64,000 nucleotides of DNA, taken from positions 9,397 through 73,396 of the forward strand of contig JAQTSC010000003.1 in NCBI GenBank assembly GCA_028711505.1. The letters run 5' to 3'. Made by a program: the position numbers and the translations under genes. This stretch comes from Minisyncoccota bacterium. GTDB lineage: Bacteria; Patescibacteriota; Minisyncoccia; JAHISW01; Tagabacteraceae. The notes below the pieces were generated by a model. The model saw nothing but the letters and a program-made list of their open reading frames with translations. It had not been told where the DNA came from and made no database searches. Shown piece by piece: positions 35,096-44,843 of this stretch (positions are counted from its first letter, which is position 1; each line of letters begins with the position of its first letter).

Positions 35096-36889
35096 ATGGA
35101 AATCAGAAATATCGCGATAATAGCTCACGTTGACCATGGGAAAACGACCATAACGGATGCCATAATGCGGCAGACAGGAGCCGCTGAAGAAGGCGTTTCC
35201 ATGGACTCAAACGCGCTCGAACTGGAGCGCGGTATTACCATTTATTCAAAAAACACGAGTGTAACGTATAAAGGGACTAAAATAAATATTGTTGATACTC
35301 CGGGGCATGCCGATTTCGGTTCGGAAGTGGAGCGCGTTTTGCGTTCCATAGATTCCGTGCTTCTTGTCGTTGACGCTCAGGAAGGCCCGATGCCCCAAAC
35401 GCGTTTTGTGCTTAAAAAATCTTTGGAGCTCGGCATTAAGCCGATTGTTGTAATAAATAAAATAGACAAGCCCGCGGCAGACCCGGATCGCTGCGAAGAA
35501 GAAGTATTCGAACTTTTTCTTGAACTTGGCGCTTCGGACGAGCAGGCGGATTTTCCGGTGGTGTACGCTATCGGCAAGCAGGGTATTGCGAAAAGAAAGC
35601 TGGAAAACGAGTCAAAAGATCTTTCTCCTCTTCTCGATATTATTCTTGAACGAGTTCAGGTTTCTTCTTCCGAAGAGAAAAATAAAATGCCGCTTCGGTT
35701 GCAGCCGTTCAATTTGGGTTATGATAATTTTTTGGGGCGTTTGGCGGTCTGCCGTGTTTATGAAGGCAGCGTCGTTCCCGGACAAAATGTTTTTATAAAA
35801 AAGCCGGATGGAAATATCCGTTCCGGAAAGATAATCAAAGTATTTACTTTTAAGGGGCTTCAAAGAACGGAAACGGAATCCGCCGAAGCCGGAGACATAG
35901 TTCTTATCTCAGGTCTTCCCGATATTTATATCGGAGAAACGATTGTTGCCGACCAAGACACTCCGCTTTTGCCTTCCATCGCCGTTGATGAACCGACGAT
36001 TGAAATAAATTTTTTGGTGAATAATTCTCCTTTTGCCGGACGCGAAGGAAAATTCGTCACGTCCAGACAAATAAGGGAATATCTTGAGCGCGAGATTGAG
36101 GTGAATGTCGGGCTTAAAGTGGATTTTTCTTCAAACGAAAGTTTCCGCGTTTCCGGAAGAGGCGAACTTCATATCGCGATTCTTCTTGAAAATATGAGAA
36201 GAGCCGGATACGAGCTTCAGGCATCCCAGCCGAAAGTTATTATCCGCGAAGAAAACGGAGTTAAAATGGAACCGTTTGAAGAAGTTATAGTTGACGTGCC
36301 AAAAGAATATCAGGGTGTCGCTATCGAGCGTTTGGGGACAAGGGCTTTTATTATGAAAGATCTGCGTATTGAACAGGAGACCGTAAGGATGTTTTTTGAG
36401 GGACCCACGCGCGGGCTTTTCGGATATCGCAGTCAATTTGTGATAGACACGAAAGGTGAAGGAATTCTGTCTTCGCGGTTCGTTGAATTTAGGCCTTTTG
36501 TCGGAGAAATAAAAAGAAAAGCCGCGGGCTCTATGGTTTCTATGGCATCGGGCAAAGCGCTCGGTTTTTCTCTTTGGAATTTGCAGGAAAGAGGAACTCT
36601 TTATATCGGTCCGACAACTGAAGTTTACGAAGGGATGGTTATCGGAAACACTTCAAAGGGCGAAGACATGTCGGTGAACCCGACGAAAGGAAAGCAGCTT
36701 ACAAATATGCGCGCTTCTGGTTCTGACGAAGCGATAGTCCTTACTCCTCCGTATAAATTAAATATTGAACGCGGTCTTGAAACAATGTCCGAGGACGAAT
36801 ATCTTGAGATTACGCCTTCTTCGGTGCGGCTAAGGAAGCAAAAGCTTACTGAGATTGACCGTATTAGGGTAAAAAGAAAAGAACGATAA
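35096..36889 (+). CDS. typA: Translational GTPase TypA/BipA
   Basis: [52 protein letters not shown]. Confidence 0.97.
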   Translation: MEIRNIAIIAHVDHGKTTITDAIMRQTGAAEEGVSMDSNALELERGITIYSKNTSVTYKGTKINIVDTPGHADFGSEVERVLRSIDSVLLVVDAQEGPMPQTRFVLKKSLELGIKPIVVINKIDKPAADPDRCEEEVFELFLELGASDEQADFPVVYAIGKQGIAKRKLENESKDLSPLLDIILERVQVSSSEEKNKMPLRLQPFNLGYDNFLGRLAVCRVYEGSVVPGQNVFIKKPDGNIRSGKIIKVFTFKGLQRTETESAEAGDIVLISGLPDIYIGETIVADQDTPLLPSIAVDEPTIEINFLVNNSPFAGREGKFVTSRQIREYLEREIEVNVGLKVDFSSNESFRVSGRGELHIAILLENMRRAGYELQASQPKVIIREENGVKMEPFEEVIVDVPKEYQGVAIERLGTRAFIMKDLRIEQETVRMFFEGPTRGLFGYRSQFVIDTKGEGILSSRFVEFRPFVGEIKRKAAGSMVSMASGKALGFSLWNLQERGTLYIGPTTEVYEGMVIGNTSKGEDMSVNPTKGKQLTNMRASGSDEAIVLTPPYKLNIERGLETMSEDEYLEITPSSVRLRKQKLTEIDRIRVKRKER

Positions 36890-37006
36890 AATAAAATTTA
36901 ACGCGGAACAACGTCTTTCCTTTTCGGCGAGGCGTTTTTATTTCATCCAGATGATACTTTTATTGGAACGCTTGCCCTTGTTTTTTAGCCGCTATATAAT
37001 TTTTTT

Positions 37007-37474
37007 ATGAGAATTGCCACACTTTGTTTTTTGATGGACGGCGATAAAATTCTTCTTGCAAAGAAAAAGCGCGGTTTTGGTGTCGGAAAATGGAATGGGG
37101 TCGGGGGAAAAATGCAGGAGGAAGAAACGATTGAACAGGCGGTTTTAAGGGAAGCGAAAGAAGAAATCGGCATCGATTCTTGCGAAGACCGCCTTGAAAA
37201 AGCCGGAAGCATAAAATTTTATTTTAACGGCAAGGAAGATTGGAATCAGGAAGTGCATATTTACGCGCTGAAAAAATGGGAAGGCGAACCGCAGGAATCT
37301 GAAGAAATGAGTCCGAAATGGTTTTTTCATCACGAGATGCCTTTTGACGAAATGTGGGCTGACGACAGACATTGGATGCCCTACTTTCTTTCGGGTAAAA
37401 GATTTGAAGGGGAGTTTTATTTTACTGAAGATGGAAGCGTGATTGAAAAATTTGACATAAGGGAAATTTTTTGA
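37007..37474 (+). CDS. Nudix hydrolase, MTH1-like 8-oxo-dGTP diphosphatase
   Basis: KKRGFG.GKWNG.GGK, REAKEEIG, ESEEM.P.W, MWADD..W. Confidence 0.88.
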   Translation: MRIATLCFLMDGDKILLAKKKRGFGVGKWNGVGGKMQEEETIEQAVLREAKEEIGIDSCEDRLEKAGSIKFYFNGKEDWNQEVHIYALKKWEGEPQESEEMSPKWFFHHEMPFDEMWADDRHWMPYFLSGKRFEGEFYFTEDGSVIEKFDIREIF

Positions 37475-37493
37475 GGTTTAAAACTTTTTCTAT

Positions 37494-37526
37494 AAAACAC
37501 CGTCTATTAAAACAGACGGTGTTTTT
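37494..37526 (+). terminator. Intrinsic terminator
   Basis: AAAACACCGTCT/AGACGGTGTTTT stem. Confidence 0.7.
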
Positions 37527-37560
37527 CCTTCTGCAAAAAATGCGATTATTTTGATATAAT

Positions 37561-38553
37561 ATGATGATGCGGAATCTAAGAGTCGGTGTCGCTCGCGGAG
37601 GCCCTTCTTCCGAGTACGAGGTGTCTCTTAAAACGGGGGGAGAGATTTTGAGGCATTTGCCTGAAAAATACAAAGGCGTTGATTTGCTTTTTGATAAAAA
37701 AAGCAACTGGCATTCGTGGGGTTATCCTAAAAAACCGCACCAGATTTTCGCGCCGGAACGAGGCGGTGTCGATATTGTATTTAATGCTTTGCACGGAGAG
37801 TTTGGCGAAGACGGCAGGGCGCAGCAGCTTTTTGAGTCTTTCAATATTCCTTACACCGGTTCGCAAATCGCGCCATCGGCTTTTGCCATGAAGAAACATT
37901 TGGCGCGGGATATGTTTTTAAGGCATGGACTAAAAATTCCACGAGGGTTTGTTTTAAAAAAAGATGAAAATGAAAAATGGGATGCGGAATATTTTGCCGG
38001 AAGAGTTTTTAATTCTATGCCGCCTTTGTGGGTGGTAAAGCCCGGAGCTGCCGGTTCTTCCGTTGGCGTAAGTATTTGCAAAAGTTTTTCAGAGCTTGTA
38101 TTGGGAATTGGAAATGCCGGAAAATACGGCAATGTAGTTTTGGTTGAAGAATTCATAAAAGGGGTGGAAGCTACATGCGGAATTTTAGAAGATTTTCGCG
38201 GAGAGAGGGAATACACTTTGCCTATTATTGAAATTGTGCCGACTAAAGAAAATTTTTTCGGATACGACTCAAAATATAGCGGTTCAACGAGAGAAATTTG
38301 CCCGGCAGGGTTTGAGAGAAAGGTGAAAAGAGAAATTGAAAATATGGCCAAGGAAGCTCACCGGGCGCTTGGGTGCCGCCATTATTCGCGAGCTGATTTT
38401 ATCGTTTCAGACAGAGGTGTTTTTCTTCTTGAAGTTAATACTTTGCCCGGACTTACCTCAGAATCGCTTTTTCCAAAAGCTGCCAGCGCGGCTGGCCTGG
38501 AATTTCCGGCGCTTCTTGACCATATCATTTCTTTGGCGTTGAATAGGCATTGA
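37561..38553 (+). CDS. ddl: D-alanine--D-alanine ligase
   Basis: GG.SSE.EVSL, LHG.FGEDG, GSSVGV, LEVNTLPG.T..SL.P. Confidence 0.95.
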   Translation: MMMRNLRVGVARGGPSSEYEVSLKTGGEILRHLPEKYKGVDLLFDKKSNWHSWGYPKKPHQIFAPERGGVDIVFNALHGEFGEDGRAQQLFESFNIPYTGSQIAPSAFAMKKHLARDMFLRHGLKIPRGFVLKKDENEKWDAEYFAGRVFNSMPPLWVVKPGAAGSSVGVSICKSFSELVLGIGNAGKYGNVVLVEEFIKGVEATCGILEDFRGEREYTLPIIEIVPTKENFFGYDSKYSGSTREICPAGFERKVKREIENMAKEAHRALGCRHYSRADFIVSDRGVFLLEVNTLPGLTSESLFPKAASAAGLEFPALLDHIISLALNRH

Positions 38554-38557
38554 TGGG

Positions 38558-38580
38558 TTTACTCTGAGCCAGTCGAAGGG
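38558..38580 (-). repeat. Short REP-like element abutting the tRNA-Ala 5' end
   Basis: Minus strand contains TTCGACTGGCTCA (38577-38565), identical to 42659-42671 inside leuS. Confidence 0.65.
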
Positions 38581-38651
38581 CCATTAGCTTAGTGGCAGAG
38601 CACCCGGTTTGCATCCGGGAGACGGGAGTTCGATTCTCCCATGGTCCACCA
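38578..38651 (+). tRNA. tRNA-Ala(TGC)
   Basis: GGGCCAT/ATGGTCC acceptor stem with G3-U70, CCCGG-TTTGCAT-CCGGG anticodon arm, encoded CCA. Confidence 0.96.
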
Positions 38652-38694
38652 AAGTTGATATTTTTTCTTTTTTGTCTTAGAGTACAAAATACTT

Positions 38695-39264
38695 ATGCTT
38701 GAATATACCGAATTAAAACCCGGAACAAAGATAATTTTGGATAAAAAACCGTACGTTGTTTTAGAGTACAGTTTTGTCCGCATGCAGATGAGAAAGCCAG
38801 TGGTGCAGACCAAACTTAAAGACCTTATAAACGGGGGCGTTGTTGAACGTAGTTTTTATCCTCGGGATATCCTTGAAGAAGCGGAAATTGAAATTAAGGA
38901 AGTAAAATTCTTGTATCAAAACAAAGGCGAATTTTGGTTTTGTCCGCCTGACAATCCGGGGAACAGATTTAAAATGGATGCCGATATAATCGGCCCCGCA
39001 GCCGTTTTTTTAAAACAAAATTCTCTTGTTAAGGCGCAGTATTTTGACGAGAGGATAATAGGCGTTGAACTTCCGATAAAAATGGAGCTTAAGGTTGTTG
39101 AAGCTCCGCCGTCAATAAAAGGGAATACCGCTCAAGGCGGAACAAAGCAGGTAAAACTTGAAACAGGAGCCTCTGTCAATGTGCCGCTTTTTATAAACGA
39201 AGGAGACATTGTGCGAGTGAATACCACGACCGGAGAATACGTGGAACGCGCGAATAAAGCATAG
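38695..39264 (+). CDS. efp: Elongation factor P
   Basis: KGNTAQGGTK..LETG...VPLFI.EGD...VNT.TGEY..RA C-terminal signature. Confidence 0.93.
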   Translation: MLEYTELKPGTKIILDKKPYVVLEYSFVRMQMRKPVVQTKLKDLINGGVVERSFYPRDILEEAEIEIKEVKFLYQNKGEFWFCPPDNPGNRFKMDADIIGPAAVFLKQNSLVKAQYFDERIIGVELPIKMELKVVEAPPSIKGNTAQGGTKQVKLETGASVNVPLFINEGDIVRVNTTTGEYVERANKA

Positions 39265-39331
39265 ACAAGTCCGGGAAACCTCCCAGCGTTTTGCTCTGTT
39301 GTAATTTTACGCAATGCATTATATTTGACGT

Positions 39332-39934
39332 ATGGAGAATCGATTTTATCTGCAGCTTGAAGAAGAAATAAAAACTGAAACCGAAAAGAATTTCAAAGAT
39401 GAAGAAATTCTTGAAAAATCCCTTGAAAATCCGAGGTTTTTTGAGTTTTTCGTGGACAAATATCAAAAGAGTTTCTTAAGGACGGCTACGAGAGTTTTGA
39501 AAAATAAGGAGGAATCGGAGGAGGCGGTTCAGGATGCTTTTGTTAAAATCTATCTAAACGTAAAAAAATACCAAAAACAGCCTGGCGTGGAGCTGAAAAG
39601 CTGGGCGTATAAAGTGCTTTTGAATTGTGTTTTTACGAAATACAGGAAGACCAAGAAAACGTTGGCGGATTCGGAATATTTTGACGAATTGCTCTATGAC
39701 ACGCCGGACAGTTCCCAGTCTTTCGTGGAGAAAAAAGAGAAAAAAGACGAAATAGAAAGCGTTTTGAAAGAACTTCCTGAAGATTTAAGCGAACTTTTAA
39801 AACAGCATTATCTTGAGGATAAGCCGTACGCCGAGATTGCCAATACAAAAGGCATGAGTATGGCGGCTTTAAAAATGAAACTTTTTAGGGCCAGAAAGAA
39901 GTTTAAAGAAACAATGGAGGAGATAGGCAAATAA
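39332..39934 (+). CDS. ECF-type RNA polymerase sigma factor
   Basis: EEAVQDAFVKIY, SWAYKV..N, region 4 YAEIA......LKMKLFRARKK. Confidence 0.9.
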   Translation: MENRFYLQLEEEIKTETEKNFKDEEILEKSLENPRFFEFFVDKYQKSFLRTATRVLKNKEESEEAVQDAFVKIYLNVKKYQKQPGVELKSWAYKVLLNCVFTKYRKTKKTLADSEYFDELLYDTPDSSQSFVEKKEKKDEIESVLKELPEDLSELLKQHYLEDKPYAEIANTKGMSMAALKMKLFRARKKFKETMEEIGK

Positions 39935-39995
39935 GAATTATTCAATAATCGCAAAGTTAGCGGTTGGGTTATTTAATTATTAGCAAAATAAAAAA

Positions 39996-40337
39996 ATGGA
40001 AAGCGATTTAAAAGAAAAAATAATGAGGAGAGTGTACGCGATTTGGTTTTTTAGAAAAGTCGCGCCTGCTGTGTTTTTATACATGCCGTTTCTCGCGGCT
40101 GTGGCTTTTCGCGAAACCGCGCGAGAGTTTTTTGTGGCGAGAATCGTGGATAATTTTTTGCAGGCGACCCATGTTTCCGGATTCTTCGGGGCGATAAATT
40201 TTGTTTTTGCCGCGATTGAAAACACTCCGGTTTTGCCGACATTGGTTATTGCCGTTTCGCTGGGATTTTTCGTTCTGCTTTTGAGAAAACTGGCTTATTC
40301 TATAAAAGATTTGAGTCTTGAAAGAGTGAGAATATAA
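39996..40337 (+). CDS. Small membrane protein, possible anti-sigma factor
   Basis: LKEKIMRRV N-terminus followed by TM segments, directly downstream of the ECF sigma gene. Confidence 0.55.
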   Translation: MESDLKEKIMRRVYAIWFFRKVAPAVFLYMPFLAAVAFRETAREFFVARIVDNFLQATHVSGFFGAINFVFAAIENTPVLPTLVIAVSLGFFVLLLRKLAYSIKDLSLERVRI

Positions 40338-40362
40338 AATAAGGCTTAAGATAAGGTTTTTT

Positions 40363-40402
40363 AACCCCTGCCCGGCGTATATCGGGTAGGGGTTGCTTTT
40401 TT
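40363..40402 (+). terminator. Intrinsic terminator
   Basis: AACCCCTGCCCG/CGGGTAGGGGTT stem followed by GCTTTTTT. Confidence 0.7.
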
Positions 40403-40474
40403 CTGTGTTTTGTGATAAAATATGTTTTAGATTGAAAATAAAATTTTCCTATAAAATAAGGAGGATAAAAAATT

Positions 40475-40852
40475 ATGGCGGAAATATGCGGAATGATGGA
40501 TTGGGTAAGGTTGTCGGTCACAAAAGAGAGCAGAATAAAAAAGAGGCAAATACTGATTCTGCTTGGGCTGGTGTATTTTCTCTTCGGTCTTTTGCTGGGG
40601 GGATGTTATCAAGGTTTAGCCGGTATTCCAGCGGAAGAGCTTGGCGGTTTTGCAAATTTTATGGCCGGTTATCATCGGATCGCGATTCCCCCGGTGATTG
40701 ATAATGTAGCCGCATCATTAATTTTGCAGTTGGAATGCGGTGTTGCCTGGCCATTGATTTTGTTTGTCGTTTTGTTCGGCTGGGTTACGAGTTCTTTCTT
40801 TTCTTTTTTTATTTTTATTATTCTTTTCATCGCTTTCCGTCGCCTGCTTTAA
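40475..40852 (+). CDS. Hypothetical membrane protein
   Basis: SD AAGGAGG; hydrophobic segments; own terminator. Confidence 0.6.
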   Translation: MAEICGMMDWVRLSVTKESRIKKRQILILLGLVYFLFGLLLGGCYQGLAGIPAEELGGFANFMAGYHRIAIPPVIDNVAASLILQLECGVAWPLILFVVLFGWVTSSFFSFFIFIILFIAFRRLL

Positions 40853-40866
40853 TCACCATGCGAGCG

Positions 40867-40894
40867 AAAGACCCCTTTTAGGGGTCTTTTTTTT
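40867..40894 (+). terminator. Intrinsic terminator
   Basis: AAAGACCCCT/AGGGGTCTTT stem plus T tract. Confidence 0.8.
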
Positions 40895-40913
40895 GTGGTA
40901 ATTTATAAAAATA

Positions 40914-43766
40914 ATGCCGTATAACCATAAAAAAGTTGAAAAAAAATGGGCGGAGTTTTGGAAGGAAAACAAAACTTTTACTCCGGATTTAAATAAGGCG
41001 AAAAATCCTTTTTACGCCCTTTTTATGTTCCCGTATCCTTCGGCCGAAGGACTTCATATCGGAAATTTTTACGCTTTTACCTGTGTTGACGTGGTGGCGA
41101 AGTACAAAAAACTTCGCGGTTTTGACGTGTTTGAGCCTATTGGATTTGACGCTTTCGGTATCCATTCGGAAAACTACGCGCTTAAAATCGGCGAAAGGCC
41201 GAGAAAAATGCTTGATCGGACGGAAGAAAATTTCAGAAAGCAATTGATGTCTTCCGGTATTGGCTGTGATTGGACGCGTGAAGTTGATACCACTTTGCCG
41301 GAATACTACAAATGGACGCAATGGATTTTTACAAAACTTTTTGAGCGAGGTTTGGCTGTGCAAAAAGAAGCGTTTTTGAATTGGTGCCCCGGTTGTAAAA
41401 CTGTTTTGGCCGACGAACAGATTGTTAATGGAGTTTGTGAAAGATGCAAGTCGGTTCCGCAAAAGAAAATGATGAAGCAATGGTTTTTCAAAATAACCGA
41501 TTTTTCGGAGCGGCTTTTAACGGGGCTTGAAAATATGGATTGGAGCGAAATAACAAAATCGGCTCAGAAAAATTGGATTGGAAAATCGGAAGGAGCGGAA
41601 GTGGAATTTGAAATAAGCGGAGAAAAAGTAAAAGTTTTTACAACGCGGCCGGATACGCTTTTTGGCGCGACTTATTTTGTTCTTTCGCCGGAGCATTCGA
41701 TTGTTAAAAAAATAACGACTGATTCGCAAAAAAGCGAAGTTGAAAAATATATTAAAGAAGCGGGGTCTAAATCGGATTTGTTAAGGACGGAATCAAAAGA
41801 AAAAACGGGAGTTTTTACCGGAGCTTTTGCCGTAAATCCGGTAAATGGAGAAAAAATTCCGGTTTGGATAGCGGATTACGTTCTCATGGGTTATGGCACC
41901 GGCGCCATAATGGCCGTGCCGGCTCACGATGAACGCGACTTTGAGTTCGCGAAAAAATACGGGCTGGAAATAAAACAGGTTGTAGCCCCGGCTGTTTTTG
42001 ACCATGAAAATCCTCCGCAAGAAGGAAAAGAAAATACAAAAAGAAATATTGTTCATGTTCTTGTTAAGCATCCAAAAGAAGACAAGATTTTATTTTTGCG
42101 GTGGAAAACTCAGCCATGGAAAACGCCGATTACTGGCGGCATTGAAGAAGGCGAAGATGAAATTGCCGCAGCCAGGCGGGAAGTTTATGAAGAAACCGGA
42201 TACAAAAATCTTGAATTTGTAAAAAAACTTCCGTATCTCATTTCCGCCAAATTTTATGCTGCGCACAAAGACTTGAACAGGCAAACGTTAGCCCGCGTTA
42301 TAATGTTTAAACTTTTGGATTTGGAACAGGATGAAATTTCTGAGGAAGAAAAGAGAGACCATGATGCGGAGTGGATGGACATAAAAGATGTTGCTGATTT
42401 ATCTCCTGTTTCAGAAATGCCGCATATTGTTGATTGGCTAAATAACGGAGATAAAATTTTTGAAGGCGACGGCATAAACATAAATTCTGATTTTCTTGAC
42501 GGAATTGCCACAGACAAAGCGAAAGAAAAAATAATCGCATGGCTTGAGGAAAAAGGAATCGGTAAAAAGATGATAAATTACAAACTTCGCGACTGGTGCA
42601 TTTCGCGTCAAAGATATTGGGGACCGCCAATACCTATTATATATTGCGAAAAATGTGGTTCGACTGGCTCACCACAGGCTATGGTTGTGCCGGAAAAGGA
42701 TTTGCCGGTTTTGCTTCCTGACCTTAAAACCGGATGGGAGCCGTCCGGAGATGGTAAAGGGCCGCTTTCAAAAGTTTCTGAATTTATAAATGTTAAATGT
42801 CCGAAATGCGGGGGAGAAGCAAAAAGGGAAACCGATGTGATGGATAATTTTTTGGATTCGGCATGGTATTTTTTCCGTTATCTTTCGCCCGAAAAAGAAA
42901 ATAGAATTTTTGACGAAGCGATTGGCAAAAGATGGCTTCCCGTTGATATCTATATCGGAGGAAACGAGCACGCGGTGCTTCATCTTATGTATACCAGATT
43001 TATAACTATGGTTTTTCACGACCTTGGTCTTGTTGGTTTTGACAATCCTTTCAAGCGGTTCCGCGCGAACGGAATGATCTTGAAAGACGGGGCGAAGATG
43101 AGCAAGTCAAAAGGCAACGTTATTAATCCGGAGGAGTATGGAGAAAAAATCGGTTATGATGCCCTGAAATCTTATATTCTCTTTTTGGGCCCCATGAGCG
43201 AAGACAGGTCTTTTTCAGATGAGGGTGTTTTGGGAACGATGCGCTGGGTGGAAAGAATTTCTCGCCTTGAGGAAAAAGTTAAAGATGGGGCAAAAGACGG
43301 AAAGGAAATTGAGGCGAAATTGAATAAAATCGTAAAACAGGTATCCGATGATTTTGAAGATCAGAAATATAATACGGCGGTCGCCAAGCTCATGGAACTC
43401 ACTAATGTTTTATCGTCTGTAAAAGAATTTTCAAAAGAAACATGGCTAAAATTTTTGGGTATAATCGCGCCGTTCTTGCCGGCGCTTGCCGAAGAAATGT
43501 GGTCAAAATCGGGGAAAGACAAATCTATTTTTAGCGGCAAAAATTGGCCGGAATATGACCCAAAAATGGCTGAAGAAAACGAAGTTGAAATAGCTGTTCA
43601 GATAAACGGGAAATTCAGAGGTAGCGTAAAAGTTGCGAGAAGCGCCGGTCGTGAAGAAGTTGAAAAATTGGCTTTAATGGATGAACGTTTGGCAAAATAT
43701 ATAGGTCCTGAGAAACCGGGAAAGGTGATTTTTGTGAAAGATAAATTGGTGAATTTTGTTAAATAA
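40914..43766 (+). CDS. leuS: Leucine--tRNA ligase with inserted Nudix domain
   Basis: MFPYPS..GLHIG, FTTRPDT, GTGAIMAVPAHDERD, DWCISRQRYWG, KMSKSKGN; perfect Nudix box at 42135-42203. Confidence 0.96.
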   Translation: MPYNHKKVEKKWAEFWKENKTFTPDLNKAKNPFYALFMFPYPSAEGLHIGNFYAFTCVDVVAKYKKLRGFDVFEPIGFDAFGIHSENYALKIGERPRKMLDRTEENFRKQLMSSGIGCDWTREVDTTLPEYYKWTQWIFTKLFERGLAVQKEAFLNWCPGCKTVLADEQIVNGVCERCKSVPQKKMMKQWFFKITDFSERLLTGLENMDWSEITKSAQKNWIGKSEGAEVEFEISGEKVKVFTTRPDTLFGATYFVLSPEHSIVKKITTDSQKSEVEKYIKEAGSKSDLLRTESKEKTGVFTGAFAVNPVNGEKIPVWIADYVLMGYGTGAIMAVPAHDERDFEFAKKYGLEIKQVVAPAVFDHENPPQEGKENTKRNIVHVLVKHPKEDKILFLRWKTQPWKTPITGGIEEGEDEIAAARREVYEETGYKNLEFVKKLPYLISAKFYAAHKDLNRQTLARVIMFKLLDLEQDEISEEEKRDHDAEWMDIKDVADLSPVSEMPHIVDWLNNGDKIFEGDGININSDFLDGIATDKAKEKIIAWLEEKGIGKKMINYKLRDWCISRQRYWGPPIPIIYCEKCGSTGSPQAMVVPEKDLPVLLPDLKTGWEPSGDGKGPLSKVSEFINVKCPKCGGEAKRETDVMDNFLDSAWYFFRYLSPEKENRIFDEAIGKRWLPVDIYIGGNEHAVLHLMYTRFITMVFHDLGLVGFDNPFKRFRANGMILKDGAKMSKSKGNVINPEEYGEKIGYDALKSYILFLGPMSEDRSFSDEGVLGTMRWVERISRLEEKVKDGAKDGKEIEAKLNKIVKQVSDDFEDQKYNTAVAKLMELTNVLSSVKEFSKETWLKFLGIIAPFLPALAEEMWSKSGKDKSIFSGKNWPEYDPKMAEENEVEIAVQINGKFRGSVKVARSAGREEVEKLALMDERLAKYIGPEKPGKVIFVKDKLVNFVK
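42654..42676 (+). repeat. REP-like hairpin inserted in-frame in leuS (encodes CGSTGSPQ)
   Basis: TGTGGT-TCGACTGGCTC-ACCACA; adds about 6 residues between CEKCG and VPEKDLPV; 13-nt core shared with 38565-38577. Confidence 0.7.
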
Positions 43767-43775
43767 TTTTAACCC

Positions 43776-43804
43776 TTGACCCGTTTTCTATACTATGGTA
43801 CATT
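43776..43804 (+). promoter_or_regulatory. Sigma70-type promoter (leaderless-type)
   Basis: TTGACC-17 nt-TACATT with TGn, ATG 7 nt downstream. Confidence 0.65.
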
Positions 43805-43811
43805 ACAAGAT

Positions 43812-44843
43812 ATGAAAAATACGGTTTCTTTCAACCCAATTTTAGTAACAAAAAAACTTTTAAACGGTCTTGACGAGAGACCGAGAGATGTTTTGGAAAA
43901 AAGGTTCGGTCTTTATGGAACCGGCGTAAAAACACTTGAGTCCATTGGCGGCGTTTACGGCATCACGAGAGAAAGAGTTCGGCAAATAGAAGCTTTTGCT
44001 TTGGACAAAATCAGACAGTCAAAAGATTTCTCTTCTTTTGGCGACGTCTTTGACGAATTAAAAAATCACATAGACACTGAAGGCGGGCTTGTTCAGGAAG
44101 AACATTTTCTTACGAGCAGAGCCAAACAGGATGACCATAAAAATCACATTCTTTTCCTTTTGGTTGTGGGAGAACCCTTTGAAAAAATAAAAGAAGATGA
44201 TCACTTCTATCATTCCTGGACAACCGATATGGAAAAAGCGGAAGCGATAATGAAATCTTTAAGGCGTTTTCACTCCGAATTTGACCAGAAGAAAGTTCTT
44301 TCGGAAAAAGAAATGCTTTTTGCCTTGGAGAAGAGACTAAAAGACGCCGCTCAGCATGAATTTGAGGAAAACATTCTGCATTCGCTGCTTAAGGTTTCAA
44401 AAATTCTTTCTTCCAACGCTTTAGGCGAGTGGGGCTCGGTTTATTCTTCTTTTATAAAACCCAGGGGAATGAGAGATTTTGCGCTTTTGGTAATGAGGAA
44501 ACACGGGTCTCCCATGCATTTTTCGGAAGTCGCCGGAGCAATAAAAGATATTTTTAAAAAACCGGCGCATGTTCAGACCGTTCATAATGAACTTATAAAA
44601 AATGAAGATAATTTTGTTTTGGTCGGCCGCGGACTTTATGCTTTGAAAGAATGGGGGTATGAAGGAGGAATAGTGCGCGATGTCATAAAAAAAGTTATTT
44701 CACAGAGCGGCCCGCTCGCGAAAGAAGATATCATAAAAAAGGTTTTAAAAGAACGATACGTCAAAGAAAACACAATTTTAGTCAATTTGCAGAATAAAGA
44801 GTTTTTCAAAAGGAACGAAAAGGGTTATTATACCCTTATATGA
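43812..44843 (+). CDS. Sigma70 region 4 HTH plus HARE-HTH (RNAP delta-like) domain protein
   Basis: RFGL.....TLE.IG..YGITRERVRQIE N-terminus; PMHF.EV..., TVHNELI...FVLVGRGLYAL.EWG. Confidence 0.75.
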   Translation: MKNTVSFNPILVTKKLLNGLDERPRDVLEKRFGLYGTGVKTLESIGGVYGITRERVRQIEAFALDKIRQSKDFSSFGDVFDELKNHIDTEGGLVQEEHFLTSRAKQDDHKNHILFLLVVGEPFEKIKEDDHFYHSWTTDMEKAEAIMKSLRRFHSEFDQKKVLSEKEMLFALEKRLKDAAQHEFEENILHSLLKVSKILSSNALGEWGSVYSSFIKPRGMRDFALLVMRKHGSPMHFSEVAGAIKDIFKKPAHVQTVHNELIKNEDNFVLVGRGLYALKEWGYEGGIVRDVIKKVISQSGPLAKEDIIKKVLKERYVKENTILVNLQNKEFFKRNEKGYYTLI

